Assembly (NCBI GenBank): GCA_945873755.1
Contig: CAMCEM010000002.1
Location: forward strand, 3,915-67,914
DNA from: Chitinophaga pinensis
Lineage (GTDB): Bacteria > Bacteroidota > Bacteroidia > UKL13-3
Length of the DNA: 64,000 nucleotides
Direction of reading: 5' to 3'
Below are positions 38,287-47,447 of this stretch, piece by piece. The notes beneath the pieces were generated by a model. The model made no database searches. It worked only from the letters and a program-made list of their open reading frames with translations, and was not told the DNA's origin. Made by a program: the position numbers and the translations under genes. Each line of letters opens with the position of its first letter. Positions within the stretch are counted from its first letter, which is position 1.

Positions 38287-40497
38287 ATGAAAAAAACAAT
38301 TACACTTTTAAAAGCAGTTATTGCAGTTGCAATAATTGCATCATGCGGAAAAGAAACTGTTGAAAAAACTACCACTACAACAGGTGCCACCACTACCCCT
38401 ACAAAAACACCATTAGATTATGAAATTGATTATAGTGTAAATGTTAATTACTCTGTAATGGTAATTTCAGGTAATCATTATTCTTTAGGTGTTGGAAAAA
38501 CCAATAATTCAAGCGTTGAGGGTGCTTTAGTAACAATTACACAAGGCAGCAAAACAATTCAAAGCACAACCAATGTGCAAGGAATTGCTTCTTTTTCTGG
38601 AATCTATAAAGGATTAATAGCAGTTAGTATTGTAAAAAACGACTTTACAACTTTAAACTATTTGGTAACTGCTAACGGTTCTGTATCGGAAGCAAATGGC
38701 AAACAGCTTGACATAGCCAATATGGTTCCTATTTTTAAAATTAAAAATGATGTAACTGTTGCTCAATTAACTGGAAAAGTAACTTTTCAAAGTGATTTAA
38801 CCAATGAAAACAAAGAAAATGTTCCATTAAATACTTTGGTAACAGCTACCATTGATGCCAATGACCCAACATTTAAAGCTAGCTATATAAATGTGGCAAA
38901 TACTGGATTCTTAGCATCAATCAATAATGGTAAAATTGTACAATTTGCTTATGAAGGATTTTTTTATGATAGCACCGATGCAAACGGTATTTACAATATG
39001 ACAGTTCCTGCTGCTATTGCCGGTTTGCCTTTTAAAATTAGCGCTACCGATTTAGTTGCTGATCAAAAAGTATTTGAAAATACAGGTGTTTCAGGCTTTA
39101 ACAGAACTACCTCTTTTAGAACTGTATTTAGCCCTGACGAAATTCCTACACCTGTGCCAAATGCAGGTGGTGCTGAAGTATTGTTTTTAACAGGTTCAGG
39201 TGCCAGTGCTTTTGCAACTATTTCGGGTAGCGGACAAATAGATAGAATAAATATAACTAGTGGAGGTACTGGTTATGTGGCTGCACCAAAAGTTACAATT
39301 ACTGGAGGTGGAGGAACTGGGGCAACTGCTACAGCAACCATAAATAATGGTGTGGTTACTGGAATCAATATTGTGAACGGTGGATCAGGTTATTCGGCTG
39401 AACCTACAATAACTATTAGTTCAGGAACTGGTGCTACAGTATCGGCTAGTGTTGGTGGCGGAGGTTCAGTAGTTACAGTTGCTGTTGTAAATTCAGGAAG
39501 TGGATACACTACTACTCCAAATGTAACTATAGCTGCACCTACATTACCTGGAGGCGCTGCAGCTACTGCAACTGCAAACGTATCTGGTGGAAGAATAACA
39601 AGCATCACACTTACAAGTGGTGGATCTGGATATACTTCGGCTCCTAGTGTTACAATCGACCCTGCTCCATCGGGTGGTATCAATGCTACTGCTCAAACGG
39701 GTTTCTCGGGCTTATCCGTTCAAACCGTAACCATTACAAACCCCGGTTCAGGTTATACTGGCGCTCCTACAGTTACATTTTCCGACCCTTCATTACCAAC
39801 AGGAACCAAAGCAACGGGCTCCGCTATTTTCGACCCTGCTACAGGTTCAGTAATTGGTATTTCAATATCTAATCCTGGTTCTGGCTATTTTGCGCCACCA
39901 TCGGTTACTTTAAGTTCTGGCTCTGGAGCAAGTGGACAAGCAGTATTTTCTGGTCGCTCTATAACTGGGTTTACGGTAACCAACCCAGGTGCAAATTACA
40001 CATCGGCACCAAGAGTAAGAATTACTGGAGGAGGAGGAACAGGCGCACAGGCAACTGCAATTATTGCAAATGGAAGAGTTACTGGATTTAATATTACCAA
40101 TCCTGGTCAAGGTTATACTTCATCACCAAGTGTTGAGTTAATAGCAGGCAGTGGCGCCCAAGCATCTATCATTATTGCCAATGGGCAAGTTTCTACCATT
40201 AATATAGTAAATGGTGGAAGCCAATACACAGGAGCACCAACCATAGTAATTAACCCTTTACCTTCAAACGGACCTGGTGGAGGCGCAACCGCAACTGCCA
40301 CTATTGATGCAAATGGTGCTGTTACTAGTGTAACCATTACTAACCCAGGTACAGGATATATTGGGGGCAATATACCTTCCATTGCTGAACCATTTAGTTT
40401 AAATCCTAGTGCAATTAATAATAAAATAAATGTAAAACCTGGATTGAATTACATAAGAGATATACATTATGGTACTGGTAAAAAATTACCTCAGTAA
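38287..40497 (+). CDS. Surface lipoprotein with about 13 tandem GSGY(T/S)xxPxVTI repeats of about 32 aa each. Putative adhesin.
   Basis: IIASCGK is a lipobox. From about aa 300: ...ITSGGTGYVAAPKVTITGGGGTGATATATINNGVVTG..., ITNPGSGYTGAPTVTF... and similar units. The gene is markedly GC-richer than its surroundings. Confidence 0.7.
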   Translation: MKKTITLLKAVIAVAIIASCGKETVEKTTTTTGATTTPTKTPLDYEIDYSVNVNYSVMVISGNHYSLGVGKTNNSSVEGALVTITQGSKTIQSTTNVQGIASFSGIYKGLIAVSIVKNDFTTLNYLVTANGSVSEANGKQLDIANMVPIFKIKNDVTVAQLTGKVTFQSDLTNENKENVPLNTLVTATIDANDPTFKASYINVANTGFLASINNGKIVQFAYEGFFYDSTDANGIYNMTVPAAIAGLPFKISATDLVADQKVFENTGVSGFNRTTSFRTVFSPDEIPTPVPNAGGAEVLFLTGSGASAFATISGSGQIDRINITSGGTGYVAAPKVTITGGGGTGATATATINNGVVTGINIVNGGSGYSAEPTITISSGTGATVSASVGGGGSVVTVAVVNSGSGYTTTPNVTIAAPTLPGGAAATATANVSGGRITSITLTSGGSGYTSAPSVTIDPAPSGGINATAQTGFSGLSVQTVTITNPGSGYTGAPTVTFSDPSLPTGTKATGSAIFDPATGSVIGISISNPGSGYFAPPSVTLSSGSGASGQAVFSGRSITGFTVTNPGANYTSAPRVRITGGGGTGAQATAIIANGRVTGFNITNPGQGYTSSPSVELIAGSGAQASIIIANGQVSTINIVNGGSQYTGAPTIVINPLPSNGPGGGATATATIDANGAVTSVTITNPGTGYIGGNIPSIAEPFSLNPSAINNKINVKPGLNYIRDIHYGTGKKLPQ

Positions 40498-40601
40498 TTT
40501 GTAAATCAATTCATTTGTCCGTGGTTGTTATTCTCATCAATCGAATTGTAGCTGGTGAGAATAGCATACATGGACAAAATAATTTGTAAACATTTCATTT
40601 T

Positions 40602-41807
40602 ATGAAAATAAATGTAATTAAACTATTGGTTGTTTTTGGCTGTATTAGTATTTTTTCGTGTACTAAGGAAACCAAAGAAACAATAATAATTGAGGGTGGG
40701 AAGCCTATAAAAAGTTCTAGTGCAGAATCTTTAAGTGAAGAAGATTTGGCTTTTTGGGATAATTCATCAACTGTTAATTTAAATATAAATGATATTTTAC
40801 TGCCTAATGGTATGACATTTAGCCAATACAAATTAAGTATTGGAAAAACAACCACAGAAGGTGAAAACAGAAATTTATTGTTGATGCTATTGGGTGAAAA
40901 AGCACACAACATAATTAACTACACAAATCCAGATTTTGCAACCAATATACCTAAACAAACTAAGTTAGCTTATAGTTGGAACAGTAAGGATTATACCAAT
41001 CCATCAAGTGATCCAAATGGTTGTCCTGAAAGCATCTATGGATTAGATTGCTCAGGATTTTTATACAACGTGTTTAAAAATGCAGGCTTTAATGGTTTTA
41101 AGGTTGGTGCAGCTGACGACCAAAGAAAAGAAGCTCACTTATCTAATGTATTTTCAAAAACCGGTCAATTAACAAATGCTGAAGGTAAAAATATTGATTT
41201 AAAAAATATGGTTGCTAAAGATTTTGGAGAAATCCCTCCAGCCAGCATGCTAACAGGTGATATAATTTATTGGTTAGATGCTAGTGGTCGTGCCAAACAT
41301 ATTGGAATCATCTTAAAGAATGGTAGTGGTATATCAGTAGCTCAATCAAATGGCCATCAAAATGAAGAAAGTGATACAAAAAATAGCAATGATTGTGAAA
41401 AAAATTATGGAGCCAATAGAGGACCGAGATTTACATCAAATGTTGAAAATTCAATTAAGTCAACAGCTAATGGTGGATTTGGTGATAGCTATGGTATTGT
41501 TCGCTGTTTGGAAAAAACTCCTTGCAATGCCAAAACCATTTCTGGTGGTTTTGGTGTAACGCCTACACTTCACTCTGTTGGTTCAAAAAGTGGAACCATT
41601 CAATTGAATTATGAAATGTACTCTATACCCGATAAATTAGAAGTATTTTATGAAGGTAAATTATTATTTTCAACTAATGGTTTTGTAAGTGGAAATAAAA
41701 CCGAATCAATAACATATAACTACAACAAAGAAACCGAAATTGAAGTAATTGTAACAGGCAATGATGCTGGCACAGCTTGGGAGTATACAGTTAACTGCCC
41801 TGAATAA
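40602..41807 (+). CDS. Lipoprotein with an NlpC/P60-like cysteine-peptidase core
   Basis: IFSCTK is a lipobox. YGLDCSGFLYNVF is the catalytic Cys context, and GDIIYW...AKHIGIIL is the His context. Confidence 0.55.
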   Translation: MKINVIKLLVVFGCISIFSCTKETKETIIIEGGKPIKSSSAESLSEEDLAFWDNSSTVNLNINDILLPNGMTFSQYKLSIGKTTTEGENRNLLLMLLGEKAHNIINYTNPDFATNIPKQTKLAYSWNSKDYTNPSSDPNGCPESIYGLDCSGFLYNVFKNAGFNGFKVGAADDQRKEAHLSNVFSKTGQLTNAEGKNIDLKNMVAKDFGEIPPASMLTGDIIYWLDASGRAKHIGIILKNGSGISVAQSNGHQNEESDTKNSNDCEKNYGANRGPRFTSNVENSIKSTANGGFGDSYGIVRCLEKTPCNAKTISGGFGVTPTLHSVGSKSGTIQLNYEMYSIPDKLEVFYEGKLLFSTNGFVSGNKTESITYNYNKETEIEVIVTGNDAGTAWEYTVNCPE

Positions 41808-41857
41808 TAAATAGTCTTGAACACGATTAAATGAATTACAAGAAAGACAGGATTATA

Positions 41858-41942
41858 TAATCTTGGAAATCTTGCAGTCTAGTAATCTTGTTCAAGACAA
41901 AATAAATATAAAGGAGTTATGCCGAAAATCCGGTAAAGAGTA
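41858..41942 (+). repeat. 85-nt promoter/5'-UTR segment, copy 1 (upstream of the lipoprotein gene at 41961)
   Basis: taatcttggaaatcttgcagtctagtaatcttgttcaagacaaaataaatataaaggagttatgccgaaaatccggtaaagagt. About 88% identical to 42634-42718. It contains three AATCTTG boxes and an SD-like AAAGGAG. Confidence 0.7.
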
Positions 41943-41960
41943 GGCGCCAAAACTAAAATT

Positions 41961-42524
41961 ATGAAAAAAACCTATTTACATTTTAATTTTTTCTTTCTAA
42001 CAATGTCAATTGCTTTTATCTTCACTTCGTGTGGTTCAGACGGGAAAGATGGTAAGTATTATTTATCTATTGATGATGTTACGTGCGTTTCGCGCTATTG
42101 GGACGATAATAGCTGTGTTCCATACAACTTAAGGTATTACTATTATAATGGCCCATGTTCTAATAATAAGACATTTAATTACGAATTTGACTTATGCACC
42201 GGTGGAGGTTGGAAAGGAACCTACTTTGTTAGCGTTAATGAGGGAGAAAAAGGAGGTTTTATAAGCGATGGTGATGATGGTAGCAATAGGTATTATACAC
42301 TTTCTTTATATAGTAGTGGTAAAACAATAACCTATTATAAAAATGACAATGGAAGAAACGATGCTTCTGTAGAAGATAAGAATAGACCTATTTATAACGT
42401 GTTTTCCAATACAAAAAACAAGGTAGACACTACCCTATTTTTTAAAGATGGTTTTATAAAAATTACTGGAACTTATACACCCAATGGTTCGGTAGTTACC
42501 CATGCTCCCAAAAATCAGAAATGA
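41961..42524 (+). CDS. Hypothetical lipoprotein
   Basis: FIFTSCGSDG is a lipobox. Confidence 0.5.
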   Translation: MKKTYLHFNFFFLTMSIAFIFTSCGSDGKDGKYYLSIDDVTCVSRYWDDNSCVPYNLRYYYYNGPCSNNKTFNYEFDLCTGGGWKGTYFVSVNEGEKGGFISDGDDGSNRYYTLSLYSSGKTITYYKNDNGRNDASVEDKNRPIYNVFSNTKNKVDTTLFFKDGFIKITGTYTPNGSVVTHAPKNQK

Positions 42525-42633
42525 TAATGCTATTTAGTTTCTTAAAGCTGATTTGTTGATTTTATCTTTAAGCCTAAAATTAAATTCATTTCTGAACACC
42601 GATTCAAAAGATTATAAGATAGACACGATTTTT

Positions 42634-42718
42634 AAATCTTGGTAATTCTGCAATCTTGTAATCTTGTTCAAGACAAAATAAATAATAAAGGAGTTAAGCC
42701 GAAAATCCTGTAAAGAGT
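42634..42718 (+). repeat. 85-nt promoter/5'-UTR segment, copy 2. ATG is replaced by AAG and no ORF follows.
   Basis: See copy 1. Confidence 0.7.
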
Positions 42719-42722
42719 GAAC

Positions 42723-43226
42723 GAAAATAGTCTGAACTATGATTGGCAAGATTTGAATGATTAAATTGAATTCAGCAATCATTTAATCAAAAAAATCATA
42801 GTTCAGACAAAGTGCGGTAACCTCTGCGCTTATCTGCGAAATCTGCGGGAAAATAAACGGGCAATAGTTGAACAATGGGCTTTAGCCCTTTAAAAAACAA
42901 TTTGCCTTTTTATCAATAGAAATGGGTTTTAACCCATTTCATTCGGGCAGCAGTTGGAATAATTGCCTGAGGCAAAGTAATAATACTAGCGAGTCCGATA
43001 GCAATCGGACGCTAGCGTTGGCGAATGTTGCAGCAGTAAAAATCACCCCGGTCTGCGACCACCCCTCAAAAGGGGAATTTAATAGCGTTAACATTTGAAT
43101 TTGTATTTATCTGTGTTATCTGTGGCAAAAAATCTGTAAAATCTGTGGCTATAAAAGGTTGTTGGTCGGGAGACACAACAACGGCAACATTTGTGTTTAT
43201 CAGTGAAATCTGTGGCTTAAAAAAAA
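42723..43226. other. About 500-nt non-coding block dense in perfect hairpins and short direct iterons (ATCTGTGGC x4, ATCTGCG x2). GC-richer than the flanks.
   Basis: 15-bp stem gtctgaactatgatt/aatcatagttcagac with a nested 9-bp stem. Further stems: gaaatgggtt/aacccatttc; ctagcgagtccgat-agca-atcggacgctagcg; cccctcaaaagggg. No ORF longer than 60 aa. Confidence 0.6.
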
Positions 43227-43967
43227 TTATTTATGCCTGAACCAGCAACTGTTGTTATTGGTTTCGTAACCTTTAAATATAGTATTTATTGGAGCTCCGT
43301 GGATTAGTTGAGTATTAAATTTATTGCGAGCTATGTAATTGAATGCACCCATATCGCCTGTGTATGCTGCTTTATTGTTTTGGTTATAGAGTGTATGAAA
43401 ACTCACTAATTCGGTTAGTAAAAATGTCATAACAGCTATACTCCCTCCTATTATTCCGCAATTAAGTAAAGTTTCATTTGCATATTTTTCCTCATAATCA
43501 GCAAACGTTGGTATTTGATTTCGAAAATGGGTAGAATGTTTCATCATCCATTCGTTGTTTAAAGTAGTTGGTTCATCGCCACAAAATAAAGAAGTAGGAT
43601 TACCTTTAAACAATGGCTGTTCAAATGGATTATTTATTACTTCTACATCGGTACTATCGGTTATAAATAACGATTCTATTTGATTAGGATTTTTTAATAA
43701 ATAATCTAAATAAACAAAATACCTATACACACTTAAATTGTAAATTGGATTATACTCAACTTGCTTAAAAGTAATGAACTCACTGCTGTATTTAGCTACT
43801 GTATCTGACGAAAAACTGTTATGAAATATTATACCATGAAGTTTTAAAGATGTAATGGAGCTTGCCCATTTTTCAATTAACGAATAATCATTGTTGGCTA
43901 AAGTTTCGGAACGATTTACATCGTAAACACCAGTAAAAAGGCAAGCAAAAATAAATTGTTTAGGCAT
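43227..43967 (-). CDS. Hypothetical protein, possibly a nucleotide-sugar transferase-like protein
   Basis: ORF only. Tentative because it is adjacent to a GT2. Confidence 0.4.
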   Translation of the reverse strand: MPKQFIFACLFTGVYDVNRSETLANNDYSLIEKWASSITSLKLHGIIFHNSFSSDTVAKYSSEFITFKQVEYNPIYNLSVYRYFVYLDYLLKNPNQIESLFITDSTDVEVINNPFEQPLFKGNPTSLFCGDEPTTLNNEWMMKHSTHFRNQIPTFADYEEKYANETLLNCGIIGGSIAVMTFLLTELVSFHTLYNQNNKAAYTGDMGAFNYIARNKFNTQLIHGAPINTIFKGYETNNNSCWFRHK

Positions 43968-43973
43968 TTATAG

Positions 43974-44630
43974 TTAGTTTACTTCAGCCTGTAACATACT
44001 GTTTTTTAATTTTGCACAAGTGCTATTTGGAATATTTCGATAATAAATATAAGTACGAAGATTGACTTTTTTAACATTATACTTATTCGAAACCCTTTCG
44101 TAAAAATTTGCATCAGCACTGTACATACTGTAAAAAGGATTATTTACAAATACTTCTCTTTTGCCAAAAAGCGTTGCAAATAAAATACAATCATCTACAT
44201 GAATTACTTTTGTTGTATCTAACCTATCTGGAATATAATAATCTGCCTCATCATCAACCACAGTATGGGTATTTGATGCTATTAAGTCAGCATGTTCCAT
44301 TTGCTCCAAACAACTGCTTAAGTGATTGGGTTTAAATTCGTCATCGGCATCTATAATGGTAATGAATTGACCGCTGCTTTTTATTATTCCTCGGTTTATC
44401 GATTCAGCCTGACCGCAGTTTGGATGATAGATATAAGTAATAATTGAAGGAAATAAAGAGGTATAATTAACCAATTCATGCTGGTAGTTTATATCGCTTC
44501 CATCATCAATAATAATTAATTCAAAATCTTGCATGTTTTGTTTCAATACCGAATTAATAGCACGCTTTACCAATTCAAATTGGGTATTGTATACGGCTAA
44601 TAATACTGATACTAAAGGTTTTTTTAACAT
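43974..44630 (-). CDS. Family 2 glycosyltransferase
   Basis: VSVLLAVYNTQFEL...LIIIDDGSD is the GT2 DxD motif. Confidence 0.8.
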   Translation of the reverse strand: MLKKPLVSVLLAVYNTQFELVKRAINSVLKQNMQDFELIIIDDGSDINYQHELVNYTSLFPSIITYIYHPNCGQAESINRGIIKSSGQFITIIDADDEFKPNHLSSCLEQMEHADLIASNTHTVVDDEADYYIPDRLDTTKVIHVDDCILFATLFGKREVFVNNPFYSMYSADANFYERVSNKYNVKKVNLRTYIYYRNIPNSTCAKLKNSMLQAEVN

Positions 44631-44794
44631 AAAAAATTAAAAATTATGATTTACGATAATAGGCTCATTTTTATTGGCATTTGTTACTTTTACTTTAATT
44701 TATTGTGATTTATTTTAGATAATAATAGGTTATTAAATATTGTGACTAAATATATTGTGTTTATTATATTTTTAATTAATTCCAACTATAAGTT

Positions 44795-45190
44795 TCAAAT
44801 ATCAACATTGGGATTATCGTTGGCGCTGTATTCGTAAAACATTTCATTGTTATTTTGGTCATTTTCCTTTTGTTCAGGTTTAGTAAAACCATGTGTTCCA
44901 AATGTATTTTCTTTAACTAATTCACCATTCTGTTCTTGGTGTTCTACAAAAACTTCATCTGTTGCAATTGGTTGTTTACCTGTTGTGATATTTTCTTTAT
45001 GTTCACTTTCTACAATTTCATCGTCATTGTCTTCAAAATCTTTGTCATCTTCTATAAAATAATCATCATCGTAATCATCATTTTCATCTTCATCGGCCGA
45101 TTTTTGATATGGCAATTCTGTTTTAACGTTAATGTTTTTAAAATTAGAAGGTGGGTTAATACCTATTGCTCCTTTTTGGATTGTTTCCAT
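44795..45190 (-). CDS. Hypothetical highly acidic protein
   Basis: ORF only, rich in D/E/N. Confidence 0.4.
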   Translation of the reverse strand: METIQKGAIGINPPSNFKNINVKTELPYQKSADEDENDDYDDDYFIEDDKDFEDNDDEIVESEHKENITTGKQPIATDEVFVEHQEQNGELVKENTFGTHGFTKPEQKENDQNNNEMFYEYSANDNPNVDI

Positions 45191-45205
45191 TTTATTTATA
45201 TTTTT

Positions 45206-45841
45206 TTAATTTGTTTGTTTAAGCTTGTTAGCATTCATTGCTTTTTCAAGGTTTCCATTACTATCCAATGTATGGATAAGATTGTTTTGTAAGTTAAATG
45301 TCCAAGTTTTAATCCACGCTTTTAAATCAACATCATTGGTTTCATTGTATGCTTTTTTATAATTTTTTATAGCATCGTTGTAATCAATAATTAACATTTC
45401 CATGTAGGCATTGTTAAAACTATTGCCATTTTTTTCTCTCATTAAAGCAAAAATTGATTGTTGTTTTTCGGAAACAAATATGGGTATTTGGATTTTTTTT
45501 AAAATTGCTAGTTGGTTTAATTCGTTATAAGTTTTTAAATGAGTTTCTTCCATTAACTTTCCTAGTTGCTTTACTTTTAATAAATTGCTTTTTTGCCTAG
45601 CAAGCTGCCCAAATTTTATAATTTTTAAATTAGTTTCTGCAGCATAAACCATGTAATTCGAATCAATTTGTTTTGTTTCAGTTTTAATTTCAGAGGTAAT
45701 TTTTTCAGTTTTATTATCGATACATGACTCTAATAAAAATACAATTATTGTAATAACAGAAAAATATTTTGTTAAGTTTATTGATGTTTTAAAATTCATT
45801 TTGTAAATAAATATGTATAACAAAATTGCTAAAGAAAGCAC
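45206..45841 (-). CDS. DUF4142-like (ferritin-like) secreted or membrane-anchored protein
   Basis: N-terminal TM or signal. ...YAAETNLKIIKFGQLA...MLIIDYNDAIKNY... resembles DUF4142. Confidence 0.5.
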   Translation of the reverse strand: MLSLAILLYIFIYKMNFKTSINLTKYFSVITIIVFLLESCIDNKTEKITSEIKTETKQIDSNYMVYAAETNLKIIKFGQLARQKSNLLKVKQLGKLMEETHLKTYNELNQLAILKKIQIPIFVSEKQQSIFALMREKNGNSFNNAYMEMLIIDYNDAIKNYKKAYNETNDVDLKAWIKTWTFNLQNNLIHTLDSNGNLEKAMNANKLKQTN

Positions 45842-46039
45842 TACTATTTATTATACTTTTTTTTAAATATTTTATAAAATTCACAGATTTTAATATTTTT
45901 AATAAAAAGTAAAAAGTGTGAAAAATGCAGCTATTAAGTAAATGAATATAAGCCAGTAAAACAATTATAATTAAATATTTGCTGCATAATTATTAAGCTT
46001 AAAAACCAGCATTTGATTATTATTAAAACATAGAAAAAA

Positions 46040-46144
46040 ATGAAAACCTTTAAAAAAATTTTAACTATTATAATTATAGCGGTATATGCAATTAATGTCC
46101 AATCGTGTAAAAAAGATGAAAAAGAGCCAAACACTTCCAATTAA
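46040..46144 (+). pseudogene. Small lipoprotein ORF (MKTFKKILTIIIIAVYAINVQSCKK...) ending at an in-frame TAA. The reading frame continues for about 50 more codons into the 80-nt repeat.
   Basis: Translated by eye: ...EPNTSN*NDDTAAQSQQSSDESIQTNESEFAMNDVNSAIENSSYF... Confidence 0.3.
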
Positions 46145-46253
46145 AATGATGACACAGCAGCGCAATCTCAACAGTCGAGTGATGAATCAATACAAACCAA
46201 CGAGTCGGAATTTGCAATGAACGATGTAAACAGTGCCATTGAAAACTCGAGCT

Positions 46254-46338
46254 ATTTTATAAAACATCCCCCTAACCCCCTTCACTAGCGCAAATCCATC
46301 GCACAAGGGGGAATATTTTCCGCACCTTTTTTTGGTTT
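46254..46338 (+). repeat. About 80-nt direct repeat, copy 1, containing a GC-rich hairpin plus T-run (terminator-like)
   Basis: aaacatccccctaacccccttcactagcgcaaatccatcgcacaagggggaatattttccgcacctttttttggttt. Identical to 46370-46454. Confidence 0.9.
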
Positions 46339-46369
46339 AAATGAAATATTCATTTTGTAAATCATTATT

Positions 46370-46454
46370 TTATTAAAACATCCCCCTAACCCCCTTCACT
46401 AGCGCAAATCCATCGCACAAGGGGGAATATTTTCCGCACCTTTTTTTGGTTTTT
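46370..46454 (+). repeat. About 80-nt direct repeat, copy 2
   Basis: Identical sequence to copy 1. Confidence 0.9.
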
Positions 46455-46460
46455 AAAAAA

Positions 46461-46665
46461 CAAATCACAAATCTCATTTCACAAATCTCATTTCACATAT
46501 CTCATTTCACATATCTCATTTCACATATCTCATTTCCCATATCTCATTTCCCAAATCACATTTCCCATATCTCATATCCCAAATCTCATTTCACATATCT
46601 CATTTCCCATATCTCATTTCCCATATCTCATTTCCCATATCTCATATCACAAATCACATTTCCCA
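46461..46665. repeat. 13-nt tandem repeat, about 15 units (ATCTCATTTC(A/C)CA; the reverse complement carries GAAATGAGAT)
   Basis: Read directly. The 3' end overlaps the last codons of the methyltransferase gene. ORF 46446-46718 in the track is just this repeat translated. Confidence 0.95.
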
Positions 46666-47360
46666 ATAACCAACCACCTAAAAGCCCAAGCCCATTTTAC
46701 ATTTACATTTTGCTTTGAAGTATTAATTTGCAATAAAATTTGCTCCCAATCTGCTTTCACAAATCCCCTAGCTACTGACAGTTTTGCATCGTTTTTTACC
46801 AAATACGATTTACTAAAAATGGCAGTTAACCAAGCTATGGAGTGGTAAGCTAAAAAATGCCTGTGTAAGTCGTTTATTATAAAACCTAATTTGGCATTTG
46901 CATTACACCACTTTAATAGATTGCTAATTTCAATGCTATTTAAATGATGTGTAAATAAACAAGCCAAAGCTATGTCAAACTCAATATTTAAGTTCGGTAA
47001 ATCCCTGTAATCACTATTAACAAAACTTATTTCTTTATAATATTCACATTGTTGGATTGCATAAGTTATACAATCTTCTTTTAAATCAACTCCAATTAAT
47101 TTAAATGTTAACCCATTTTTACGAGCCCATTTTGCTAATATTATTAAATTGTCACCTCCACCACAACCAATATCAATTATGGTGTATGTTTTACCTTTTT
47201 CAAAATTAAATTGATTAAACCCTTTTAAAGTTACATTATGTCCACCAAGCCAAGTATTTATAAAGTTAAGTTCTTTTAAATTTTGATATAAATCTAACTT
47301 AGGTATGAAATCATTGTCTAATAATTCCTTCGTTTCCGATCTGCTTTTTGAATTTAACAT
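46647..47360 (-). CDS. Class I SAM-dependent methyltransferase
   Basis: IIDIGCGGGDNLIILAK is SAM-binding motif I. Confidence 0.8.
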   Translation of the reverse strand: MLNSKSRSETKELLDNDFIPKLDLYQNLKELNFINTWLGGHNVTLKGFNQFNFEKGKTYTIIDIGCGGGDNLIILAKWARKNGLTFKLIGVDLKEDCITYAIQQCEYYKEISFVNSDYRDLPNLNIEFDIALACLFTHHLNSIEISNLLKWCNANAKLGFIINDLHRHFLAYHSIAWLTAIFSKSYLVKNDAKLSVARGFVKADWEQILLQINTSKQNVNVKWAWAFRWLVIGKCDL

Positions 47361-47447
47361 ATTGATGCAATTAAGCTATTTTGAACTAAAGTTTTATTTT
47401 TTAAAAAATACTTATATTTTGCAAAAAGTATCAAAAAAATTTACAAT

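Noticed and set aside
39390-40382. Minus-strand ORFs (97, 66 and 89 aa) inside the repeat lipoprotein gene
   Set aside because: These are shadow ORFs generated by the GC-rich, Gly/Ala/Thr codon repeats. They have no start context and are out of phase with any operon.
43968-43973. GT2 and the downstream 246-aa protein being one gene split by a nonsense codon (they share a frame)
   Set aside because: Two stops (TAA CTA TAA) precede a clean ATG, and the protein types are plausible as separate entities.
46446-46718. 90-aa + strand ORF
   Set aside because: It is a translation of the 13-nt tandem repeat (ISHFTYLISH...) and not a gene.
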